Source: Ilumatobacteraceae bacterium (GTDB taxonomy: Bacteria > Actinomycetota > Acidimicrobiia > Acidimicrobiales > Ilumatobacteraceae). From it: 55,124 bases of DNA. This document shows positions 27,851 through 34,994 of the stretch, in pieces. The stretch lies in the NCBI GenBank assembly GCA_021741795.1, contig JAIOXC010000001.1, forward strand, positions 1-55,124. The letters run 5' to 3'. The position numbers were made by a program, and so were the translations under genes. Positions within the stretch are counted from its first letter, which is position 1; each line of letters starts with the position of its first letter. The notes below the pieces were generated by a model that did not search any database, was not told the origin of the DNA, and saw nothing but the letters and a program-made list of their open reading frames with translations.

Positions 27851-29398
27851 GTGTCAAATAGCGAAAACGCGACAATCGCAGCGCTCGATATAGGCACAAA
27901 CTCATTTCATCTCGTGATCGCCAAAGTGGTTGTCGGTGGGTTTGAAGTAATCGAGACCGAAAAAGAGACTGTGCGCATCGGACATGGTGCCGGCGACATG
28001 AACGAACTTTCCGCAGAAGCGATCGATAGAGGTATTGCGTGTTTGGTGCGGATGCAGAAAATTGCTGTTTCGCACAATGCCGAGATTCGCGCCGTGGCCA
28101 CGAGTGCCGTGCGCGAAGCCAAGAACCGCTTTGAATTCATTCGCAGAGCCAAAAAAGAAGCGTTAATAGACATTGAAGTCATCTCTGGTGTCGAAGAAGC
28201 CCGCCTCATTCATCTTGGTGTACTCAATGGTGTCGGAGAGCACGAACGTCCGATGTTGCTGTGCGACATTGGCGGTGGATCAACCGAGATCGTGCTCGGC
28301 AACGACGACGAAGTTTTGCTTGCTCGCAGTTTCAAACTTGGCGCGGTTCGGCTGACCGACCGATTCTTTATCTCTGAAACGCTTCATCCAAGTGCGGTGA
28401 GCAGTTGCCGCTCGCATGTGCGCTCCACACTCATGGTGTTGCAAACTGAAGTCACCGAATTTGGTTTTGACGTTGCCGTTGCATCATCAGGCACCGCAGA
28501 AACAATTGCTCGGCTCATCCAAGACAGGTCCGATAATTCGAAACCTAAAACACTGAACCGTTTTGAGTTTACGCAGGCACAAATTGCCGAAACAGTGACG
28601 ATGCTGAGTTCGGTCAATACTGTTGACGAGCGACGCGAAAAGTTTGGGCTCGAAAAGAGCAGGGCCGAAATTATCCTGGCTGGTGCAATCATTCTTGAAG
28701 GAATCTCATCGGTGTACGGCGTTGAGTCATTTATGTACAGCGACTATGCGCTTCGCGAGGGCGTCATTCTTGACACGCTGCACCGGCGTGGCCTCGGACC
28801 CGACACAGGTGACACCGATGCTGCAATGCGTAGCGTGCGCCTGCTCGCCGACCGCTGTGATGACCGACCAGAGCATTCGCAAAACGTTGCCCGTATTGCG
28901 CTGGATCTATTTGATCAAGTGTGGGATGTGCTCGGCGTTGCGCAGGCCAATCGCAAACTTTTGGAGGCTGCGGCACTACTCGCCAACGTTGGTGTAGTTA
29001 TTTCGCACTCCAAGCACCACCTGCATTCGTACTACGTCATTCGCAACTCAGAGCTCGTTGGTCTCAATGATCGCGAGATTGAGATCATCGCCCAGGTTGC
29101 GCGCTACCACCGCAAAGGTTTGCCAAGACTTGACCATCCAGAATTTGCGGCGCTCACACCAGAGGATCAAAAACTTGTGAGCGCATTGGCAGGTGTGTTG
29201 CGCATTGCAGTCGGGCTTGATCGAACCCAGGATGGGCGTGTAAAGAAAATAACAACGAGCATCAGTGATGGTGAATTGAAAATTGCCTTTACGACAACGA
29301 AGAAACTTGACGGCGACTTAAATATTTATGCAGCCATGGAGCGTCGCACACTGCTGGCCGACACAACCGGCCTGAAAGTACGAGTGCTGGCTAATTAG
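27851..29398 (+). CDS. ppx: Ppx/GppA-family exopolyphosphatase with a C-terminal HD domain
   Basis: AALDIGTNSFHL, DIGGGSTE and an HD region (HLHSYYVIRN...ARYHRKG). Confidence 0.85.
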   Translation: MSNSENATIAALDIGTNSFHLVIAKVVVGGFEVIETEKETVRIGHGAGDMNELSAEAIDRGIACLVRMQKIAVSHNAEIRAVATSAVREAKNRFEFIRRAKKEALIDIEVISGVEEARLIHLGVLNGVGEHERPMLLCDIGGGSTEIVLGNDDEVLLARSFKLGAVRLTDRFFISETLHPSAVSSCRSHVRSTLMVLQTEVTEFGFDVAVASSGTAETIARLIQDRSDNSKPKTLNRFEFTQAQIAETVTMLSSVNTVDERREKFGLEKSRAEIILAGAIILEGISSVYGVESFMYSDYALREGVILDTLHRRGLGPDTGDTDAAMRSVRLLADRCDDRPEHSQNVARIALDLFDQVWDVLGVAQANRKLLEAAALLANVGVVISHSKHHLHSYYVIRNSELVGLNDREIEIIAQVARYHRKGLPRLDHPEFAALTPEDQKLVSALAGVLRIAVGLDRTQDGRVKKITTSISDGELKIAFTTTKKLDGDLNIYAAMERRTLLADTTGLKVRVLAN

Positions 29399-29577
29399 TT
29401 GCTGGACGGAGGAGTGTCGCCCTTTGGAGCGTCGTCCTTGTTCGCACTTGCTTGGCCCTTTTTGAATTCGTTTGTTGCTTGCCCAAGGTTGCGAGCAAGC
29501 TTTGGCAAACGCGATCCAAAGAGCAAAGCGACAATAATCAAACCAATAATGAGTTCTGGACCACCGATGCTTCCCAT
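29395..29577 (-). CDS. tatA: twin-arginine translocase TatA/E subunit
   Basis: MGSIGGPELIIGLIIVALLFGSRLPKLARNLG. I used the internal Met36 of the track ORF as the start. Confidence 0.85.
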   Translation of the reverse strand: MGSIGGPELIIGLIIVALLFGSRLPKLARNLGQATNEFKKGQASANKDDAPKGDTPPSSN

Positions 29578-29635
29578 GCGCCCAATATACCACCGCAGGT
29601 AGCAACCACTCCAAACCACCCGATAGGCAGAAGGG

Positions 29636-30436
29636 GTGCTGGAATGCGTCATCAACATCAGTGAGGGTGGAGACCCAGCCAAGCTTGCTGCTCTCGTTGC
29701 GGCACTGGGACCAGACTTGCTCGACCTGCATAGCGATGCCGATCACAACCGCAGTGTGTTTACCCTCGCTGGTACAGAGCCCGCACGAGTGCTTGCGCGC
29801 GAAGCGCTCAACATGTTCAACATCAGTACACACTCTGGCGTGCACCCACGAGTTGGCATTGTCGACGTGGTGCCATTTGTTGCGCTTGAGCCGAGCACGT
29901 TTGAAGATGCCCTGCGAGCACGCAATGAGTTTGCGCAATTTGCAGCAGACCAACTTGGCGTGCCGTGTTTTATTTATGGACCAGAGCGCACACTCCCTTA
30001 CATTCGTAAGCACGCATTTGTTGACCTACTCCCCGACTTTGGCCCAGCAATGCCGCACCCCACAGCAGGAGCAATATGCGTTGGAGCACGACCGATTTTG
30101 ATTGCCTACAACATCTGGCTCAAAGATTCGACTCTAGAAATGGCCAAGCAAATTTCAGCTCTTTTGCGCAGTGATTCAGTGCGCACACTGGGGTTGCAAG
30201 TTGGTAGTAGCGCGCAAGTGAGCATGAACCTGATCGACTATGCAGTCACAGGACCTCTCCAGGTGTACGACATCGTTGCTCAACATGCGCAAATTGACCG
30301 TGCCGAATTGGTTGGTTTGATACCGGCACGCGCACTTGCCGACATACCGCGCAGCAGATGGAACGAACTTGATTTGAGCGCCGAAAAAACTATTGAATCA
30401 ACGATGGCTGCGCGAAACCGCAAACTCGCGAGTTAA
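29636..30436 (+). CDS. glutamate formimidoyltransferase-like protein
   Basis: The LECVINISEG N-terminus is typical of the FTCD N-domain; 266 aa (short). Confidence 0.65.
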   Translation: MLECVINISEGGDPAKLAALVAALGPDLLDLHSDADHNRSVFTLAGTEPARVLAREALNMFNISTHSGVHPRVGIVDVVPFVALEPSTFEDALRARNEFAQFAADQLGVPCFIYGPERTLPYIRKHAFVDLLPDFGPAMPHPTAGAICVGARPILIAYNIWLKDSTLEMAKQISALLRSDSVRTLGLQVGSSAQVSMNLIDYAVTGPLQVYDIVAQHAQIDRAELVGLIPARALADIPRSRWNELDLSAEKTIESTMAARNRKLAS

Positions 30437-30712
30437 CTACGCAGTTGCGATAGTGCGACTTGATTGAGCGCGCTGACGACGCAAGCGACGACGCTCACGC
30501 TCGGACAGACCGCCCCAGATACCAAACTTCTCGCCATTGTCGAGCGCGTACTCGAGACAGTCGTTGCGCACCACACAACCGCGGCAAACCTCTTTGGCCT
30601 CACGGGTTGATGCTCCACGTTCTGGAAAGAACAAGTCTGGGTCGACACCGAGACAGTTGGCTTGATCTTGCCAGGCTCGGTCTGCGCTCAGCGCTATTTG
30701 TTCGTCTTCCAC
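30437..30712 (-). CDS. whiB: WhiB-family [4Fe-4S] transcription factor (WhiB/WhiB2-like)
   Basis: Four Cys (C..DPDLFFPE, CRGCVVRNDC) plus GIWGGLSERERRRL. GTG start with a GGAGG SD 8 nt upstream. Confidence 0.9.
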   Translation of the reverse strand: MEDEQIALSADRAWQDQANCLGVDPDLFFPERGASTREAKEVCRGCVVRNDCLEYALDNGEKFGIWGGLSERERRRLRRQRAQSSRTIATA

Positions 30713-30741
30713 GTAAATTGCCTCCGTTAACTTCTGATGGA

Positions 30742-30776
30742 CTCGGGGGTAGTCGCGAGCACGCGCCTACCCCGAG
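30742..30776 (-). promoter_or_regulatory. GC-rich hairpin in the VWA-whiB spacer
   Basis: CTCGGGG(G)TAG at 30742-30752 pairs with CTACCCCGAG at 30767-30776, with a 14-nt loop and one bulged G. No U-tract follows. Confidence 0.5.
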
Positions 30777-30873
30777 GTAATTACAACAGTGTCATTCTGC
30801 CAAATTCGCGACCAAATTGCAAATATTCGGACAATTTGATCGATTCGAGATTTTTGATTACAAAATTCGATCG

Positions 30874-32898
30874 TCATCGTCGAGATGATGCACTCGCCGA
30901 TCGCCCACAAGAAATGTTGCGTTTGTGTTCCAAATAATCAACGAGCACATAGTCACCAAGGGTTTCAGGAGATGTGAAAAACGCACGCCCGCCGTTGATT
31001 TTGGTCAATTGCTCAATGAAATGTCGCAATCCATTGTCGGCATCCAACATAAAAGTATTAATCCGAATTGCTTCTTTCGTGCATCGCAATGCCTCACGAA
31101 GAGTGATTTCTACTGTCTCACGCACTGGTGGATAATTAAAAAATATCTCGCCAGATGACATCACGTGCGCAGTTGGCTCACCATCGGTGATCATGATGAT
31201 CTGTTTGTTGCCCGTCTGGCGTGCAAGCAACTTGCGCGCCAACGTGAATGCGTGATGCATGTTTGTGCCATATGAGAAGTCCCAACTAACTTCCGGAATA
31301 CGCTCGGCCGCTAGCTCACGGGCCGTTGCACCAAACCCAACAACACCCAAATAATCCCTTGGAAATTGCGATGAAATCAGGTGATGGAGAGCCATCGCCA
31401 CCTTTTTGGCAGGCAAAAAATTGTCGCGCATTGGCATCGATAACGAAAGATCGAGCAGCAATACTGTCGACGATCGCGTTGAGTGCTCCATTCGTTCGAT
31501 CTCAAAATCATCTTGCGAAAGTTTGATCGGTAACCCTGGCCCACCGCGTCGCAATGCATTACGCAGGGTGCCATGAAGATCGAGTCGAAACGAGTCACCG
31601 AACTCGTATGGCTTCGTGTCGTTGGCGCGTTCATGGCCTGTGCCGATCTTGTCGATCTGATGTTGACCGATCATGTCTTTCGACAGATTGCCAAACAAAT
31701 CTTGTAGGGCCTTTGCACCAAGTTGCCTGATGCCCCGCGGTGTGAGTTGTAAGCGCCCATCCGACTGGTCGATGAGCCCTGCATCCTTCATCATCTGGGT
31801 TAATTGCGACAGTTTCTCAAGTGATTTTGCAGAGTCTTCGCCGAGTAATTCACGCACCCTGTCCAAATCGGCTTCGGCCAAAGCAGCAGGATTTGCAGCG
31901 TTTTTCATGAGGTTTTCTAGTTGGTCCAGTTCGGACAGCTCTTGCATCGACTGCATTGCCTCAGCAAAACCGAGCGGGTCTTGACCCGAAAACTCATAAC
32001 TTTTTTGCCAGCCGGCTTGCGGAAACATCGACTGCAGATTCTTCGACAACTGATCCATCTGCCAACGTAAATCCATGTCTTCAAGCAGTTGATCAGAGAG
32101 CTGTTGGAGTTGTGCGCGTTGCTCGGGGGTCATCGAATTGAGCATCGCTTGTGCGGCAGCCATGCGTTGCGCCATGATCTCAAGCAGTTCGTCCAGTGTT
32201 TGAGGATTTTCAGGAAAAAAATCACCAAACTTTTCCATGAAATCTTCAAATTTTGGATCCTCGCCCTGCTGGCGACGCTCAAGCATTGCGTTGAGTTCGG
32301 CCATCATGTCTTTCATCCGTTGCATATCGGCGGGAGTGAGTTTTTGCATCTCTCCAGACATCTGGTCGAGATGTTGTTGCATCAGTTGCTCACGCAGTTT
32401 CTCAATCAACTGCTCAAAACGCTGTTGTGCCTGCTTGGATTGAAAGTCGTAGTGCTGCAGTTCGGCAATCTTGCCCGCCAAGTCTGCGGGCAACATGTCA
32501 AGCCGAAAATTGCGATCCATCGCCGACTGCTCTGCCATCTCTGCACGTCGTTGATCACCTGAGTTCTTTGCTTCGGTGGTGTAGTTTTCGATCGCGTGAC
32601 GTTCTTCGTCTACGACGTCGTTAAGTTCGTCTGCAATTTCTGAATACACTCCGCCGAGATCTCCGCGTTCCTGAATTGATTCACGCTTTTCGCGCAGTCG
32701 TTCCATCAATTCACGCATACCCGCAATGCGGTCGCCGTTCATGTCGCGCATTCCATCTTGCATGGCCTTGCGCAACGCGCTGTTGACATCGCCGTGATAC
32801 AACAAATCGTCTGCCAATTCGCCCAAGAGTCCTTCGGCATCGAGATCGAACCCTCGTTGCGAGCCGTCCCAACGTGAATAGGTGAACTTCGATGGCAT
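30874..32898 (-). CDS. VWA-domain protein with a long charged/coiled-coil N-terminal half
   Basis: C-terminal VWA with MIDAS DLSLSM...ITDGEP. The central region is rich in E/Q/L/M/R heptad-like sequence; 674 aa. Confidence 0.8.
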   Translation of the reverse strand: MPSKFTYSRWDGSQRGFDLDAEGLLGELADDLLYHGDVNSALRKAMQDGMRDMNGDRIAGMRELMERLREKRESIQERGDLGGVYSEIADELNDVVDEERHAIENYTTEAKNSGDQRRAEMAEQSAMDRNFRLDMLPADLAGKIAELQHYDFQSKQAQQRFEQLIEKLREQLMQQHLDQMSGEMQKLTPADMQRMKDMMAELNAMLERRQQGEDPKFEDFMEKFGDFFPENPQTLDELLEIMAQRMAAAQAMLNSMTPEQRAQLQQLSDQLLEDMDLRWQMDQLSKNLQSMFPQAGWQKSYEFSGQDPLGFAEAMQSMQELSELDQLENLMKNAANPAALAEADLDRVRELLGEDSAKSLEKLSQLTQMMKDAGLIDQSDGRLQLTPRGIRQLGAKALQDLFGNLSKDMIGQHQIDKIGTGHERANDTKPYEFGDSFRLDLHGTLRNALRRGGPGLPIKLSQDDFEIERMEHSTRSSTVLLLDLSLSMPMRDNFLPAKKVAMALHHLISSQFPRDYLGVVGFGATARELAAERIPEVSWDFSYGTNMHHAFTLARKLLARQTGNKQIIMITDGEPTAHVMSSGEIFFNYPPVRETVEITLREALRCTKEAIRINTFMLDADNGLRHFIEQLTKINGGRAFFTSPETLGDYVLVDYLEHKRNISCGRSASASSRR

Positions 32899-32962
32899 TG
32901 CCGAATATTAGTGCTCACCACTGTGGCAAGACATCGGTCACACCCCTAGGCTGAGGATCAGT

Positions 32963-33514
32963 ATGCGCTTCGGAAGAACCTTCATTTTCGTTGACCTCTC
33001 GGGGTTCACCAATTACACCGAGAGTTTCGGAGATGGCGCCGCCGCGCAACTGCTCACCCAATTTCGTGGGGTTGCACGAGCCGTTGGTTCACATCAAGGC
33101 GTGCGCATCGACAAATACCTCGGTGATGGACTGATGGCGGTCGCAGTAAAGGCACTGGATGGCATCACTTTTGCAATGGAATTACAACGCCATGCAATTA
33201 CTGCCTGCGCACCACTTTCCTTGCGCATCGGCATTTCAACCGGCGACACCATGTTGTTTGAAGGTCAGGACTACATCGGAGATGCACCAAACTTGGCAGC
33301 GCGACTTTGCGATGCGGCGGTTGGCATCGGCACGCTGATCCCTGCAGACCAAGCCACAAACCTGCCAGTCGGCGTATATTCGGTGCCACATGCAGCAGTC
33401 AATTTGCCCGGTTTTTCCAAGCCGATTGAGGTCGTGTCACTCGCGGGTGAGCCATTGATTGACGGTCGTTACGACATCAACGACTTTTGGACTCGCTCGC
33501 CGTTTGTTGGCTAA
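32963..33514 (+). CDS. stand-alone class III nucleotide (probably adenylyl) cyclase catalytic domain
   Basis: FVDLSGFT and KYLGDGLMAV (the two metal Asp and the Lys), plus GDAPNLAARL (Asn/Arg). 183 aa with no sensor domain. Confidence 0.75.
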   Translation: MRFGRTFIFVDLSGFTNYTESFGDGAAAQLLTQFRGVARAVGSHQGVRIDKYLGDGLMAVAVKALDGITFAMELQRHAITACAPLSLRIGISTGDTMLFEGQDYIGDAPNLAARLCDAAVGIGTLIPADQATNLPVGVYSVPHAAVNLPGFSKPIEVVSLAGEPLIDGRYDINDFWTRSPFVG

Positions 33515-33557
33515 CGAGTTTCTGCTTCGGTAATTGCTGAGCGTTCGCTTCCAAAAA

Positions 33558-34985
33558 TTACGTACGTGAGCGGTATGTTGCGCGCGAACCAGATTCGTCT
33601 TTGTTGAGACGCTTCGAAAGGTGCAAGCCTTCCAAAACAAACTCGACACCGCTTGCAATTTGAGCGACAGACTCGGTGTTGCCAACTGCGGCAACAACAA
33701 GTTCGCGAAGTGGTGGAACTTGATTGAAGAGTTCAACATATTGAGCGGATGCAATGTCTTCTCCAGCGTGAGCAATCACACCGCCCTCAAACAAAGCAAT
33801 TACTTCACCGATTTTTGCCGAAAAAACCCGTTTTTTGAATACTTGCAACACCGCTGCCTTGACAAAATTTTCAAGAATCTGAGACTCACGCCCCTCTTCC
33901 ATGCTTTCAATTTCGATCTTGCCCGAAGTTGAAGCGGCAAGCGCTGCAAGATCGCTCACACGTGGAGCAACATCACGTTCGCCCACACGAAGCGCGCGGC
34001 GCACAGCATTTGCAGCCAATGTCTCGTAGTTACTTACCGACAAACGCACGCTCACACCACTGCGTTGGTTGACCTGTGAACTGGATCGTGCAACATGACT
34101 AATAGTCGTGATGATCTCTTCCATAAATTCGGGCCACTGCACTTGCACATCGCCGATCGATGATGGTCGTGCTTCTTGTCGCACGATGTCCATTTCGGTC
34201 GCGACCTCGAGTGGATAATGCGTACGAATTTGGCTGCCAAAACGGTCTTTGAGCGGCGTGATCATGCGACCGCGATTGGTGTAGTCCTCTGGGTTTGCAG
34301 AAGCCACGAGCATGACGTCGAGTGGTAACCGTATTTTGTAGCCACGAATCTGTACGTCGCGCTCTTCGAGCACGTTGAGCAATCCGACCTGAATTCGCTC
34401 GGCCAAGTCTGGCAATTCGTTGATCGCAAAAATGCCACGATTGGTGCGCGGCACGAGGCCGTAGTGAATCGTGAGTTCGTCCGACAAATAGCGGCCCTCA
34501 GCAACTTTGATCGGGTCGACTTCGCCAATTAAATCTGAGACCGAAGTATCTGGAGTGGCAAGTTTTTCTCCGTAGCGATCGCTCGAGTGCACCCATGCGA
34601 TAGGAGTGTCGTCACCGTGCGCTGCTACCAACTCGCGCGCATGACGTGACACTGCGTTAAACGGATCATCGTTGATCTCGCTGCCTGCGATGATTGGCAT
34701 CCATTCATCCAACAAACCGGTGAGCGATCGAATGATGCGCGTCTTTGCCTGGCCGCGCTCGCCCAGAAAAATGACATCGTGACCTGCGAGCAATGCATTT
34801 TCAAGTTGCGGCATCACCGTGTCTTCGTAACCCAGCACTCCTTCAAATAATGGAAGTCCTGCAGCAATCCGTTTAACTGCATTGCGTCGAAGTTCTTCTT
34901 TGACTGGAAATGATTGCCACCCCGATGCACGCAATGTGCCGATGGTGAGGGGAAGATTTGATGGAGGTGTATGCGCATGAGCCAT
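33558..34985 (-). CDS. ChlI/BchI-like AAA+ ATPase (Mg-chelatase subunit I family)
   Basis: Walker A GERGQAKT (compare BchI GDRGTGKS) and Walker B IFAINELPDL; 475 aa. Confidence 0.75.
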   Translation of the reverse strand: MAHAHTPPSNLPLTIGTLRASGWQSFPVKEELRRNAVKRIAAGLPLFEGVLGYEDTVMPQLENALLAGHDVIFLGERGQAKTRIIRSLTGLLDEWMPIIAGSEINDDPFNAVSRHARELVAAHGDDTPIAWVHSSDRYGEKLATPDTSVSDLIGEVDPIKVAEGRYLSDELTIHYGLVPRTNRGIFAINELPDLAERIQVGLLNVLEERDVQIRGYKIRLPLDVMLVASANPEDYTNRGRMITPLKDRFGSQIRTHYPLEVATEMDIVRQEARPSSIGDVQVQWPEFMEEIITTISHVARSSSQVNQRSGVSVRLSVSNYETLAANAVRRALRVGERDVAPRVSDLAALAASTSGKIEIESMEEGRESQILENFVKAAVLQVFKKRVFSAKIGEVIALFEGGVIAHAGEDIASAQYVELFNQVPPLRELVVAAVGNTESVAQIASGVEFVLEGLHLSKRLNKDESGSRATYRSRT

Positions 34986-34994
34986 GCGCGGAGG

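Noticed and set aside
29578-29682. 35-codon extension upstream of the TatA Met
   Set aside because: TatA proteins begin directly at the MGxxGxxEL helix. The extension has no TatA similarity and would overlap the divergent formimidoyltransferase start region.
30742-30776. The whiB-upstream hairpin as a canonical intrinsic terminator of the VWA gene
   Set aside because: No U-run follows the stem on the transcribed strand. I kept it only as an unexplained structured element.
32963-33514. The cyclase as part of a Pycsar/CBASS-type anti-phage system
   Set aside because: No effector gene with a cNMP-binding, TIR, patatin or pore-forming TM domain is adjacent. The neighbours are convergent or divergent housekeeping-like genes, and no other defence or mobile genes are nearby.
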